This document shows, one piece after another, positions 39,341 to 49,823 of a stretch of DNA of 64,000 nt; the stretch's first letter is position 1, and the number at the start of each line of letters is the position of its first letter. A model generated the notes under the pieces. The model made no database searches, was not told the origin of the DNA, and saw nothing but the letters and a program-made list of their open reading frames with translations. The DNA lies in assembly GCA_044345405.1 (NCBI GenBank), contig JBIJBE010000012.1, forward strand, positions 20,918 through 84,917, read 5' to 3'. The translations under genes and the position numbers were made by a program. The DNA comes from Bdellovibrionota bacterium (GTDB lineage: Bacteria; Bdellovibrionota_C; UBA2361; OMII01).

Positions 39341-40615
39341 CTAGCGCGCACCTTCACCCCTCGGGGCGACGGACGGCGCTGCCTCACCTCCGCGAAGCGG
39401 GACGACCGGTTTGAGGTTGTACCAAAGATAGAGATTATCCATTCCTCGCAGCGCTTCGTCGGTCTTGTGTGATTTGAAGGCAAGGTACAATTTCACCGGC
39501 CCGGCCTGCGACGGAAAAGTCCCTCGCAAGAAATCGCCATCGGGCGCGAGCGAAACCTTTTCGATTCGGGCGCTCACAACCTCCATGCCGGTCTGCGTGG
39601 CCAGTGAGAACGCATAGGGGTTGAATCCTCGAAATTTATAAACGGGATCGGAGAGATCTAGGACGACCGATATCCCTCGGTCTCGCACCTGGTAGCTCTC
39701 AACTTTGATGCTCGCGGCCGGCTCCACACTAAAACCTTGAACGAGAGCGCCGATGATAACGCAGAGCGCGACCACAAATATCCTTACGCCACTTCGCGGG
39801 GAGAGCCAATTGAACCGACTCGCTCGGCCTTGCGCCTCCAGCGTTCTCAATCGTTGGTGACGATACGGATCAAGACCCGCCGCACGCCACACCGACTCAT
39901 CGATACATACGAGCGCCAAGGCGAGGCCGGTGTATGTTGAGAGGACCCAGAAGAGCCCTTCGGCCGCCGACGCCGCGGTCGCCCAGAACAACGAACGGCC
40001 ATCAGGCGCGGGATACCAGAGCAGTCCTACCACCAGTGCTGTGACCGCCACCGGCGCGATAAGCGAACGGACAGCGGCCAATGGCTCCCGGCGTCCGAGA
40101 TCGATGGCGGCGCCGCACGAGTCTCGCAACGTTCCACCAAGAAGTCCAAAGGTGGCGAAGTAGAAGTAGAAACGAAAACTCCAAAATACGGCGCAAAAAA
40201 AGAGGAAGATAAAAAACGGCGAGGCCCAACTCAGGCTCGCAAAGGAGGCCCCGACCATCGGAAGTGTGAGAGCTCCCCACACGACCAACCCCGCCGCTAT
40301 GATCCGCAGAGCGGCGAGGAAGGGATTCACCAAGCTTCCCTTGACGTGTTCAAGCTTCCTACGCCACCGCAGGACGACAGCGCTGATGACCACGAGTTGG
40401 ATAACGCGATCGAGGAGCACCACTCCACCGATCTCGATGAAGCTGGATGGAGAGCTGAGGCTTTGCGCGATAGAGGCAAGGGCGAGCACGCCCAGGATCG
40501 GGAGAAGAAGGGGGATATCGTTCCGAAGCATCCCGGCGGCGATAGCGAACGGATCGAGATCGGCGGAAACGCCACGAGAAGGCTCTCTCTGTTGTTGCTC
40601 GTTGGACATGAACAC
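39341..40615 (-). CDS. Multi-pass membrane protein of unknown function with a C-terminal soluble domain
   Basis: About 7 hydrophobic segments; fills the gap in a co-oriented run. Confidence 0.7.
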   Translation of the reverse strand: MFMSNEQQQREPSRGVSADLDPFAIAAGMLRNDIPLLLPILGVLALASIAQSLSSPSSFIEIGGVVLLDRVIQLVVISAVVLRWRRKLEHVKGSLVNPFLAALRIIAAGLVVWGALTLPMVGASFASLSWASPFFIFLFFCAVFWSFRFYFYFATFGLLGGTLRDSCGAAIDLGRREPLAAVRSLIAPVAVTALVVGLLWYPAPDGRSLFWATAASAAEGLFWVLSTYTGLALALVCIDESVWRAAGLDPYRHQRLRTLEAQGRASRFNWLSPRSGVRIFVVALCVIIGALVQGFSVEPAASIKVESYQVRDRGISVVLDLSDPVYKFRGFNPYAFSLATQTGMEVVSARIEKVSLAPDGDFLRGTFPSQAGPVKLYLAFKSHKTDEALRGMDNLYLWYNLKPVVPLRGGEAAPSVAPRGEGAR

Positions 40616-40825
40616 TACCGGAAGCGCTCGGGTTTGAGCGCTTTGTAACGATGGTCATCCTAGACCAAGGCTGAGTTAGGCTCAATCGAGCAAAAATAAC
40701 AATGAAACAGGGGATAACGTGAAGAATTTCCCCGACTCCCCCTCTCATCGAGCTCTTTGTAGAAAAAATCCAAATTTTGAATTCCGCGCAAAGAGAGCAA
40801 CAAGAAGGGAAAACGGTGAGCTCCC

Positions 40826-41116
40826 TTATTGGAACCAGGGAAGCTCGGTTTCAAGATTCTTGAGAACGTCTCGCAATCCGATACCCGATGGAGCGATCAC
40901 AACACCACCGTCGACTTGTCGCGCTATCTTACCGAGCATCTGCTCCTGCTCGGACTCAGATCCCGCAACCTTCACCTTCTTGACTCGATCTGCTCCCAAA
41001 AGTTCAAGGTCCTCTTCGAGAATGTCCTTCTCCTCCGCCAAGATGACGAGGCGATGGCCATTGATATTGACCAGAGCTGGCTTTTTACCTGTGTAGGGAA
41101 CGAAGAAATTATTCAT
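40826..41116 (-). CDS. Hypothetical protein (96 aa)
   Basis: ATG 41116 with a GAGGT RBS; this start avoids overlap with the upstream lyase. Confidence 0.65.
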   Translation of the reverse strand: MNNFFVPYTGKKPALVNINGHRLVILAEEKDILEEDLELLGADRVKKVKVAGSESEQEQMLGKIARQVDGGVVIAPSGIGLRDVLKNLETELPWFQ

Positions 41117-41174
41117 ACGTACCTCAAGGTTAATCACGCGAGTCCCACATTTCAACTCCGAACCCGCTATGTTT

Positions 41175-42119
41175 CTACGACATTTTCTTCCCAGAGAGCC
41201 TCCATGCTTTGTAGACGCCGCTGGACAAAGAAGCTCCAACGATTGACTCCGCTAACTCAGCGGCATGACACAACTTCTCAAGATCGAGCCCGGTGGCGAC
41301 ACCAAGCGCATGACAGAGATACACAACATCCTCCGTCGCCACATTTCCAGACGCGCCCGGTGTGAAGGGGCATCCACCGAGCCCTCCTATCGAGGTCTCA
41401 AATATCGACACACCCTCACATAGTCCAGCGTACACATTCGTCACGCCAAGTCCCCAGGTGTTGTGCAGGTGCAACGAGATCGGAATACCCAACGGCCGCA
41501 ACAGCTGGATACACGCTCGAACCGAGTTGGGGTGCGCGACTCCTACCGTATCCGCGAGACATATCTCTAAGAGAGCTTCTCCCCTCGTGGCGAGCGCGTC
41601 ACGGTATCGTTCAACGAGCCTCAACACCGCGTCCGGCTTTACCGCCCCCTCGAATCCACACCCGAACGCCGTCGAGACCATTAAACCGTGAACCCGTTTT
41701 CCTGATCTATGAAACTCGTCACACCACATCGGGACCGAGGCGAGCGCATCATCGATCGTCGTGTTGTTGTTGGAGCGCAGGAAACTCTCGCTTGGCGAGG
41801 AATAGAGCCATCCCTTGTTTCGCAGCGCGCCACTCGCCTCGGCTCGCTGAAACCCCTTAATGTTGAGATATAACGCGGAGAACGAGGTCCGGGAATCACG
41901 TGGGAGTGCCGCTACAAGATTCTCTGCGTCAGCCATTGAGGGCACACGATCGGGACGCACAAAGGCGGTCACTTCTATCTCAGAGAGACCTGCTTCAACC
42001 AGCGCGTGAATGAGCTTGAGTTTTTGCTCGGTCTCAAAGAAACGGGGAAGGATTTGAAAGCCCTCGCGAGGACCTACTTCTCGGATAAGAACAGATGACG
42101 GAAAAGCTTGAGCTATCAT
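41175..42119 (-). CDS. Hydroxymethylglutaryl-CoA lyase family protein
   Basis: EVGPREGFQ, AFV.P..VP.MAD, LADTVG, HLHNT, GGLGGCPFTPGASGNVATED. Confidence 0.92.
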   Translation of the reverse strand: MIAQAFPSSVLIREVGPREGFQILPRFFETEQKLKLIHALVEAGLSEIEVTAFVRPDRVPSMADAENLVAALPRDSRTSFSALYLNIKGFQRAEASGALRNKGWLYSSPSESFLRSNNNTTIDDALASVPMWCDEFHRSGKRVHGLMVSTAFGCGFEGAVKPDAVLRLVERYRDALATRGEALLEICLADTVGVAHPNSVRACIQLLRPLGIPISLHLHNTWGLGVTNVYAGLCEGVSIFETSIGGLGGCPFTPGASGNVATEDVVYLCHALGVATGLDLEKLCHAAELAESIVGASLSSGVYKAWRLSGKKMS

Positions 42120-42213
42120 CTACGATGTTTAGCGATCGCGTCACGCGTCGGCGCGACTACGTGAGATCACCACCTACGTTGAGTGTACCTCACACGCGGT
42201 CAGGCTTCATAGG

Positions 42214-43476
42214 TTAATTCATACCGGATACGGAAAATTCCTGTCGCTCCAGTCGAGCCGCCATGAGCCACACGATGCCAGCGAGGATCATCCCAAGTGT
42301 CGTCAGTTGCAATCCGAGCGCAAGAGCTCGCGCCTCTGGCATTCCCATCGTGCCAATAAGAAGATCCGCGACCTGACCGATCAGAACCGGAGCGAGCGCC
42401 GCGCCGAAAAGTTGAATGGCGAAGATAGTGATGCCCTGGGTGAACGCCTCAAGACCGTTCGGCGCGCGGGCGACGAGTACCGAGTTGAGCGGCGCGGTTC
42501 CCGCGAAGATCGTAATCTGCGCGACGAAGCACAACACAAAGAACATATAGGAAGAGGTAGAGAGAAACGCGATGGAGAGGAAGGGAACGCCAATCAAGGT
42601 CGAGATCGCGACAAAGAGAAGGAGTCCTCGCACCTGCATCGCCGAACCCTTCACGAGACGGGAGGCGAGTTGTCCACCCCCCAACGCGCCCACAAATCCG
42701 GTCACCGCGAGGTTATACCCGAACGACTTCGCGGCATCCTCCGGCATGAGACCAAGACTCGCCACATGTCGGACCACGAACATCGCGACCCCATTTAACG
42801 CGAATGTTTGAAGGATATAGCCAAGGATAGAGAGACGGAGAACTCTTGCCGCGCAGATCGCCTTAATCCCCTTCATGAAAGAGGGTCTCGGCTCCTGCAG
42901 AGCGCGAGCTCGATCCTCCTTGGCGACGAGCAGGAACCCAAGCGGCAGAAGCAATCCTGGGATAGTGGCGAGGAGGAACACCTGTCGCCATCCCCACGTA
43001 GCGGCGAGCTGACCACCAGCGATATATCCGAGCGCTGAGCCAACGGGTATCGCCACATAAAAAATTGAGAGCGCTGAATTCAACGCCACCATGTCTTGAA
43101 CTCGCCCCTTGAGGAAGCTCGGAACGATTGCCCCGAAGCTCGCCTCTCCGACGCCGACTAGCATCCGCGCCAAGACGAAGAAAAGGAATCCAGTCGCGAG
43201 CCCTGTGAGTCCGGTACAAAGACTCCACGCGACCAGGCCGAGCGCCATCAGGATTCGGCGATCCACGCGATTATCGAAGAACCCGAAGATCGGGGAGAAG
43301 ATGGTGTAACCAACAACGAAAGCCGAGGCAAGAAGCCCCGACTGTTGATTGCTCAGTCCAAACTCATTCTTGAGAAACGGCTCCACCGCTTGAACGATGT
43401 ATCGGTCAAAGAAATTAAGGATGTTGATGAGCGTAAGAAACGCGATGAGCCGATACGGGAGTTTGCCCGCGCTCAT
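42214..43476 (-). CDS. MFS transporter, spinster-like
   Basis: INILNFFDRY, ARMLVGVGEASF and FYVAIPVGSALGY; about 12 TMs. Confidence 0.9.
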   Translation of the reverse strand: MSAGKLPYRLIAFLTLINILNFFDRYIVQAVEPFLKNEFGLSNQQSGLLASAFVVGYTIFSPIFGFFDNRVDRRILMALGLVAWSLCTGLTGLATGFLFFVLARMLVGVGEASFGAIVPSFLKGRVQDMVALNSALSIFYVAIPVGSALGYIAGGQLAATWGWRQVFLLATIPGLLLPLGFLLVAKEDRARALQEPRPSFMKGIKAICAARVLRLSILGYILQTFALNGVAMFVVRHVASLGLMPEDAAKSFGYNLAVTGFVGALGGGQLASRLVKGSAMQVRGLLLFVAISTLIGVPFLSIAFLSTSSYMFFVLCFVAQITIFAGTAPLNSVLVARAPNGLEAFTQGITIFAIQLFGAALAPVLIGQVADLLIGTMGMPEARALALGLQLTTLGMILAGIVWLMAARLERQEFSVSGMN

Positions 43477-44300
43477 TACGACTCACTATCCCCAAGATTC
43501 GTAAGGAACCGCTGCTGACTTGGATACTTCGCTCGCAACGCCTCAGCGAGCTGTTGCGCCTGCGCCTTCTCTGGCTCAGACACAGCTATCATCACCAAGG
43601 TATTAGCCGCTGGAACCGCGGCGAACGAGCCGCGCTCAGCGAGCTTCACTAACTGCTCACGAGCGAAGGCGCGATGCGCGTCAGAATCGATCAACGCGCG
43701 AGCCAAACCGAACGAGAGAAGCTCGGCCATAAAACGCTCTGACGACTCCGGCTTTCCGACCTGCTCCCATGATGAGTTCGCGAGGGCGTCTCGGGTCTTA
43801 TCGTAATTCTTCAATCGAGCGGCGAGGAGTCCGCGATAGAGCTCCTTGAGGGTATTGAATGGAGCCGACGAATCGAGCGATTCAACCATCAAGGTAACCT
43901 TATCCTTGAGTTGATCAACCTCCTTGGAGGTCGTATCGATCTTCGCGGTGATCTTTGCCTTCTCCGCGGCATCGGCCTGCGCCGCCTCTTCCGCTCGAAG
44001 GGTGAGAAGAGCCTCCTCTTTGGTCACAAGCTGGTGATAGCTCTCTTGAACCGAGCTCAACACAGCTGTAGCCGCCGAACGCTTTTCCAGCGCCACCGTT
44101 GTGAAGCGATTGTACCCCAACATGCTCGCGCCGATGGTGAGAAGCACAACGACGATAGTTCGCCAGTGTTTAACAACCCAACGCGCGAAGGGGTCATTTT
44201 GCGCCGCCGCGGCGATAGCCGGATCCTCAAAGAGATTACGAGAGGGGGCACGGGGCTTCTCGCGCTGAGATTGCTCGTTCGTTACTGGTGTGGTCGACAC
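43476..44300 (-). CDS. Single-TM helical periplasmic protein (YfgM/TPR-like)
   Basis: ARWVVKHWRTIVVVLLTIGASMLGY followed by an Ala/Leu/Glu-rich helical region; GTG 44300 chosen; TAATG overlap with the MFS gene. Confidence 0.6.
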   Translation of the reverse strand: MSTTPVTNEQSQREKPRAPSRNLFEDPAIAAAAQNDPFARWVVKHWRTIVVVLLTIGASMLGYNRFTTVALEKRSAATAVLSSVQESYHQLVTKEEALLTLRAEEAAQADAAEKAKITAKIDTTSKEVDQLKDKVTLMVESLDSSAPFNTLKELYRGLLAARLKNYDKTRDALANSSWEQVGKPESSERFMAELLSFGLARALIDSDAHRAFAREQLVKLAERGSFAAVPAANTLVMIAVSEPEKAQAQQLAEALRAKYPSQQRFLTNLGDSES

Positions 44301-44383
44301 AACTAAACCTCGATACCTAGACACTGGAAATCTACTCCGTTTCGTAGCAGAGGAACCCCCAAAAGTACAGGCAGAAGGTTGTC

Positions 44384-44965
44384 TTACATCTTGTACTTGA
44401 AGTCGTCGGGATCCAGCTGGCTCAGGATCTCCTCCCACTTAGCCTTATCAACGGCCTGGAAGTCACTCGATGAGGACTCCCCCTCCACGGCCTCATCGGC
44501 CGCTGCCCCCTCTCCCTCACCGGAAGATTGTGGGGTGGCCTCTCCCTGTGAGGCGAAGGCGATCTTAGCTTGGTCAAGAACCTGTTGGGCAACGTAGATC
44601 GGAGCGGATGCTCGCAATGCCATCGCAATGGCGTCACTAGGACGAGCATCCAGGACGAAGGCCTTATCCCCTTGACCGAGTATCAGCTCGGCAAAATAGG
44701 TGGACTCGCGGAGTTCGGTAATCACAATCCGTTGAACGGTCATGCCGAGCTGTTGCAAGAGATCATAGAAGAGGTCGTGGGTGAGTGGTCGGGCCATCGC
44801 GATCTGCTTGATGGCGCTCGCTATCGAGGTTGCCTCAGTTATCCCGATCCAGATCGGTAGTGTAACACTGCCGGTCTCATCTTTCAGCACCACGATGGGG
44901 GCCTGTGTTGTTGGGTCCATGACCAACCCACCAACGAACATCTCAATAGCAGCCTCTTGTACCAT
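44384..44965 (-). CDS. Bifunctional nuclease family protein (DUF151)
   Basis: LPIWIG..EA..I, RPLTHDL, DARPSDAIAMALR and L..L.PDDF.YKM terminus. Confidence 0.93.
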   Translation of the reverse strand: MVQEAAIEMFVGGLVMDPTTQAPIVVLKDETGSVTLPIWIGITEATSIASAIKQIAMARPLTHDLFYDLLQQLGMTVQRIVITELRESTYFAELILGQGDKAFVLDARPSDAIAMALRASAPIYVAQQVLDQAKIAFASQGEATPQSSGEGEGAAADEAVEGESSSSDFQAVDKAKWEEILSQLDPDDFKYKM

Positions 44966-45105
44966 GGTCGAAAATCCTATCCGGACGGAATCCTTATCAC
45001 ACGTCCCGCATAGTATACCCTTGGAGAAGGGTAAGGGGCACGGGAAATTTTAGACGGTAAACCAGGAGAAACTAGCATTTAGGCCACCGAAGGCGGTCGC
45101 ACCTT

Positions 45106-45226
45106 GGGAGAGCGACCATTCCTCCCTCGACTCTGCTCGGGACTGGTCGCTCGCCGAAAATGTGGCGTATCGCAAAATACCTTTATCGCCGGTTCTAACG
45201 CGGCGGTCAGGAATGACCGCCCTCCC
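45106..45226. repeat. GGAG-type REP doublet (REPIN-like), copy A
   Basis: GGGAGAGCGACCATTCC[21-nt insert]TGGTCGCTC ... GGCGGTCAGGAATGACCGCCCTCCC in inverted orientation; homologous to 53365-53458. Confidence 0.8.
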
Positions 45227-45242
45227 GGGGCGTTACCCGCGA

Positions 45243-46640
45243 CTACCCCTCGATCTCCCCCACCAACGTATACCGCTTGCGGCCGATAATCTTCGCCTTC
45301 ACGAGCGATCCTAACGCGAGCCCTTCATACGGTTTGGTGAAATTCACGACCAAATTTTGCGAGATGCGGCCCTGAAAACACCGCTCATCCATTCGATTGT
45401 AGTTATCGATGAGCACCTCAGCGGTCCTACCAACCCACTGCTCAAGTCGGGCGCTCTGAATTTGCTCCTGCTTCGCTTGAAGGAACTGAAGTCGGCGCAA
45501 CTTCTCCTCATGCGTAATCAGCTCAGGCATCTCCGCGGCGGGCGTGCCTGGCCGAGGGGAGAATGCGTATGAATAGCTCAGGTCAAACTGAACGATATCC
45601 ATGATCTCAAGAGTCTGCTGAAAATCCTCCTCAGTCTCGCCAGGAAAGCCAACGATAATATCAGTGGTGATCGCCATATCAGGAACTCGGGACTTAAGGT
45701 CCTCGATGATCTTGAGGTACTTCGCGCGACGATAGTTGCGGTTCATCAATTTTAAGATCCGATCACTTCCAGATTGGAGTGGCATGTGGATGTGTCGACA
45801 CACCTTCGGATTTGAACTAACACACTCTATGAAATCAGCTCGAACCTCTTGAGGATGGGGACTGATAAACCGAATGCGTTCCACGCCATCAATAGCCGAA
45901 ATCCTCTCAAGAAGATGCACAAAGGAAACGCGAGGAGAGAGGTCCAATCCGTACGAATTGACGGTCTGTCCTAAGAGAAAGATCTCCTTACTTCCCCGGT
46001 GCACGGCGATACGCACCTCACGCTCGATCTCCGCGAGCGCGCGGGAAACTTCGGGACCACGGGTGGTGGGAACGATGCAATACGTGCAGCTCTTATTGCA
46101 GCCACGACTGATCGAGATGAAAGCTGTCACGTTGCTCGTCTTGCCGTTCGTCGCGGGATTCGAATCAGCGAACCCCAACGGCAACTCCTCCCAATCCTCG
46201 CGGTAGTTGACCGCTACCTGAGGCGGCGCGCCCTTCTTTCGTAGTTGGATCAGCGACGGCACGAGCGAGAGGTTGTGCGTTCCAAAGACGATATCAACGT
46301 TACGCCCCTTCTTGAGGATCGCCTCGCCCTCTTGTTGCGCGACACATCCACACACACCCACCATCATCTTCGGGTTAGTGGCCTTCAACGCGCGCATCTC
46401 GCCGAGCATACTGTAGAGCTTCTGCTCCGGCTTCTCTCGCACACTGCAGGTGTTGATGAGCACAAGGTCAGCTTTCTCGGGGGCATCGACAGGGTGATAG
46501 TCTTTCTCGAGGATCTTGTAGAGCTTTTGCGTATCGTGCTCATTCATCGCGCAACCGAAGGTGCGGATGTACACTCCCTGCGTCGCCTTTTCATCAGACG
46601 ACTCCGGCCGATTTTGTTCCGATTCACACGATGACGACAT
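45243..46640 (-). CDS. miaB: tRNA-2-methylthio-N6-dimethylallyladenosine synthase MiaB
   Basis: TFGCAMNEHD, NTCSVREK, GCVAQ, radical SAM GCNKSCTYC, TTDIIVGFPGET, SPRPGTPAA and TRAM domain. Confidence 0.96.
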   Translation of the reverse strand: MSSSCESEQNRPESSDEKATQGVYIRTFGCAMNEHDTQKLYKILEKDYHPVDAPEKADLVLINTCSVREKPEQKLYSMLGEMRALKATNPKMMVGVCGCVAQQEGEAILKKGRNVDIVFGTHNLSLVPSLIQLRKKGAPPQVAVNYREDWEELPLGFADSNPATNGKTSNVTAFISISRGCNKSCTYCIVPTTRGPEVSRALAEIEREVRIAVHRGSKEIFLLGQTVNSYGLDLSPRVSFVHLLERISAIDGVERIRFISPHPQEVRADFIECVSSNPKVCRHIHMPLQSGSDRILKLMNRNYRRAKYLKIIEDLKSRVPDMAITTDIIVGFPGETEEDFQQTLEIMDIVQFDLSYSYAFSPRPGTPAAEMPELITHEEKLRRLQFLQAKQEQIQSARLEQWVGRTAEVLIDNYNRMDERCFQGRISQNLVVNFTKPYEGLALGSLVKAKIIGRKRYTLVGEIEG

Positions 46641-46699
46641 AACGGAGGCTACTTACACGATGAGCGCCCATCGACGCAGGCGCCTCTCGCGCCGCGAAC

Positions 46700-47563
46700 C
46701 TACTCGGAACGGAACGACGCGATACGCACTACCGGCTGGGGAGCGATGGTCGTTGAAACGGGCACAGGTTTGTCCAACGACAGCTTAAAGCGCTGGGAGG
46801 AGCCTGGCGACAATCGCAAGTTAGGGACCTCCACGCGCTTCTCATTCTCAAGAATTTGGCTGTTCAAATCAAGCGTATCGGTCGGGGCAAACCCGGCCAA
46901 AATGACCACATCCTTAATAGTTGCGGTACCAGAATTGAACATTTCCCCCGTTATCGTGAACCTCACGACACACTCGTTCGGGCTCGAACAGCTCTCCGTG
47001 GGAACTCGATGAACCTCTAAATTCCGCAAGGCGATAAACTGCTTAGGTTCGGTTTTCTCCGCTGGTGCGCTATCGGCTGGAGAGAACGGAGCAGCCTCTT
47101 TGCCCCACAACACCTCAAGTTGGTAGCTCGTAATACCCTTGAGCGGCATGGAGAGGGTAAACGGCTGAGCCACCCCCTTTTCGAGGGTCAGAGGGCCCTT
47201 TTTCTCAGCCGGGCCACCGCCCAGCACATCCTTCATATTATGAAACGACACTCGCTCCTCTCCCGCTTTATCGAGCGCGGAGAGACGAACGACCACCTCC
47301 GACGCTGGCTTTGTTGCCTTCGGGATGATACGGCCTTTGACGACGAGCTTCTTTCCGTCATTAACCTCGTCAACGACCTCGAGAACAAAAGGGGTAACAT
47401 CTGGGTCAATACCGGCGGTGGCTTCGATAGGAACGCTGCCCGCTCCCTGGGTCTTCGCCTTCGGACCAAACACCGCGCACCCACTGATCAGAGCGGCGAG
47501 CGCACACACGCGCGTTGCGTGCCATAGAGATCCGAAAATGAACGGGGAGAGATCCGTTACCAC
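46700..47563 (-). CDS. Hypothetical lipoprotein
   Basis: Lipobox-like LISGC; beta-rich; abuts the upstream gene with a 0-bp gap. Confidence 0.7.
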   Translation of the reverse strand: MVTDLSPFIFGSLWHATRVCALAALISGCAVFGPKAKTQGAGSVPIEATAGIDPDVTPFVLEVVDEVNDGKKLVVKGRIIPKATKPASEVVVRLSALDKAGEERVSFHNMKDVLGGGPAEKKGPLTLEKGVAQPFTLSMPLKGITSYQLEVLWGKEAAPFSPADSAPAEKTEPKQFIALRNLEVHRVPTESCSSPNECVVRFTITGEMFNSGTATIKDVVILAGFAPTDTLDLNSQILENEKRVEVPNLRLSPGSSQRFKLSLDKPVPVSTTIAPQPVVRIASFRSE

Positions 47564-48031
47564 CTACCCCTCGTTTACCGCGCGGTCAATTAATTTCCAG
47601 GAGCCTGAACCCCAGGTCCATCGCTGCTCCTCCGTGCGCGTATTCACAACATACACAGGCACACGATAGAATTTCGTCTTAACTTGAACGGTCGCTTCGC
47701 GAGCCCCATCACCCCAGACTACGTTGGTAACTTTTGTATCAACGATGCGCTCCTCTTCAGAGGTGTCCTTGAATTGAGGAGCGAGCTTAAGCTGACTCTC
47801 AGGAGCGACATAACTAGCCGCCTCTGTGGCGTTTCCCCACACGATAGCGGCGTTGAATCCCTTGATCTCTTTATCGAGGAGCGCCATACGGTCCCCCTCG
47901 GTCGCCCCGACCTCTTTGAACGCTTGAATAAAGGGAACTAAAACGCACCCAGAGAGCGCAGTAGACGCCGTCATCCCCGCGATAAGCGTTACCAGTCGAG
48001 CGATACTACCAAGCCCCACGCGCCCCATCAT
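47564..48031 (-). CDS. Hypothetical lipoprotein
   Basis: Lipobox LSGC; 0-bp gaps to both neighbours. Confidence 0.72.
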   Translation of the reverse strand: MMGRVGLGSIARLVTLIAGMTASTALSGCVLVPFIQAFKEVGATEGDRMALLDKEIKGFNAAIVWGNATEAASYVAPESQLKLAPQFKDTSEEERIVDTKVTNVVWGDGAREATVQVKTKFYRVPVYVVNTRTEEQRWTWGSGSWKLIDRAVNEG

Positions 48032-48364
48032 TTACTTATTCTCCCCCTGCGGCGCCGCTTCACTCGGCGCTGACTCGGTCGATTCTTCTGGGTTCACCAG
48101 ATTTACGATAAACTTTTTGAGACGCTCAATATCGCGACGCGCCAGGTAACTTCCATGCGAACGGTCGGGCATAGCTTCTTTAGGCATGGCGGCTTTAACA
48201 GCTGGGATCACATGCTCACCTTGAATATCCTTAAGCATCTCCTGAAGGATAACCCTGTCCGAATCGGTGGGCGGAGCAAGGCGATGTCGGATGTCGTTGG
48301 CAGCGACGAAAACGGTCGAACCGGCAAAGAGACAGATCATCAGGAAGAGCGCCATGTTTCGCAT
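48032..48364 (-). CDS. Hypothetical exported/membrane-anchored protein
   Basis: N-terminal hydrophobic segment; abuts the downstream gene. Confidence 0.6.
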   Translation of the reverse strand: MRNMALFLMICLFAGSTVFVAANDIRHRLAPPTDSDRVILQEMLKDIQGEHVIPAVKAAMPKEAMPDRSHGSYLARRDIERLKKFIVNLVNPEESTESAPSEAAPQGENK

Positions 48365-48419
48365 GGTTGAAGGTTAGATCAGAGACGGGCTTCTGGAAAG
48401 GATGCAATCCGCGGAGGTC

Positions 48420-49823
48420 CTAGTAAGCGTTCCGATTTCGAAACCCTCTGAAGACGGTCATCCACACTATCTTGAGGTCAAGGATCAGGGACCAATTCTC
48501 AATATAGTAGAGATCGTATTCAATTCGCTTATCGATAGATGTGTCGCCCCGCCATCCATGAACCTGCGCCCATCCGGTGATACCCGCTGGCACCTTGTGT
48601 CGGAGCATGTATCTCGGAATCCGTCGCCGGAACTCCTGGATAAACACAGGCCGCTCGGGTCGCGGTCCGACGATCGACATGTCCCCTTTCAATACATTCA
48701 GAAGTTGCGGCAACTCATCGAGACTTGTGGAGCGCAGGATTCGACCCAACGGGGTTACTCGGTTATCACCAGGGGTTGTCCACCCTGGCCCCTGACTCTC
48801 AGCGTTAGTGTACATCGTTCTAAACTTCACGATGCTAAATCGACTTCCGTCGAAGCTGACACGCTCCTGCTTGAAAAGGATCGGCCCTCGAGAGGTGAGT
48901 TTCACGAGGAGGGCGATAAGGATCATAAACGGAGAGAAGACGAGTAACGCCGCGCACGCCAACACAAGGTCTACCACCCGTTTTGTGAAGAGGTTGATGC
49001 CATCTAGCGGGCACTCTTGGAGGCTGATGACCGGAAGTCCTTCAAATTCCTCAATCGCCCCACCCAAGCTGGCGAACTGGTAGAGGTCTGGAACGATCTT
49101 AATATCAACAATGGAGTCCTTGAGCTGCTCCATGATCGACGGAAGCATCTGATGATCTTCGAGGGGCAACGCGACAACGATCTGATCGATGTCGGTGCGA
49201 CCAACGAAATTTCCAACATCCTCGTAACGGCCAACCACGGGAACCCCTCCGGGCCCCCGCTTCTCATCTCCACGCTTCGACAAACAACCGAGGAGCTGAA
49301 CACCCAACTCCTGATGTAGTCGGACTCTGCTCGCGAGATCACCAGCTACCTTTCCAGCGCCAACGATCACCATATAGCGCAGGTTGTATCCCTTGCGCCG
49401 CAACTCGCGTAGCAGAAAGCGAAGAGATGAGCGCTGAACCACGGTAAAGAGGGTGGCGAGCGCCCAGAAGTATACGAACACGAGACGAGAAAACTGAACG
49501 CTCTTCTCTCGAAAGAGGTAGGTGATCGAGATAAGCAGGAGAATAGCGAGCGCATTCGCGTTAATCAGAACCCACAGCTCGTGCGTGCGTCGAACACCGC
49601 GCATCGGGCGATAGAGTCCCATGCGACGGAAAACGAAGGCCCAGATAAGCCAGATAAACACCGTCATCGAAAGGTAAGGAGCGAACTCCGGCACGCCCTT
49701 CTCGACCGGAACGATATCGGTCATGAAACGGAGACAGTAGGCGACAACCCACGCGGCGCTCACGACCGCGAGGTCGGCGACCATAAAGAGATATTCAAAT
49801 AGTTGTCGCCTCTGCTTAAGCAT
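48420..49823 (-). CDS. wcaJ: Undecaprenyl-phosphate glucose phosphotransferase (WcaJ/WbaP family)
   Basis: 4+1 TMs, [42 protein letters not shown] and DLYYIENWS; ATG 49823 in a TAATG overlap. Confidence 0.9.
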   Translation of the reverse strand: MLKQRRQLFEYLFMVADLAVVSAAWVVAYCLRFMTDIVPVEKGVPEFAPYLSMTVFIWLIWAFVFRRMGLYRPMRGVRRTHELWVLINANALAILLLISITYLFREKSVQFSRLVFVYFWALATLFTVVQRSSLRFLLRELRRKGYNLRYMVIVGAGKVAGDLASRVRLHQELGVQLLGCLSKRGDEKRGPGGVPVVGRYEDVGNFVGRTDIDQIVVALPLEDHQMLPSIMEQLKDSIVDIKIVPDLYQFASLGGAIEEFEGLPVISLQECPLDGINLFTKRVVDLVLACAALLVFSPFMILIALLVKLTSRGPILFKQERVSFDGSRFSIVKFRTMYTNAESQGPGWTTPGDNRVTPLGRILRSTSLDELPQLLNVLKGDMSIVGPRPERPVFIQEFRRRIPRYMLRHKVPAGITGWAQVHGWRGDTSIDKRIEYDLYYIENWSLILDLKIVWMTVFRGFRNRNAY

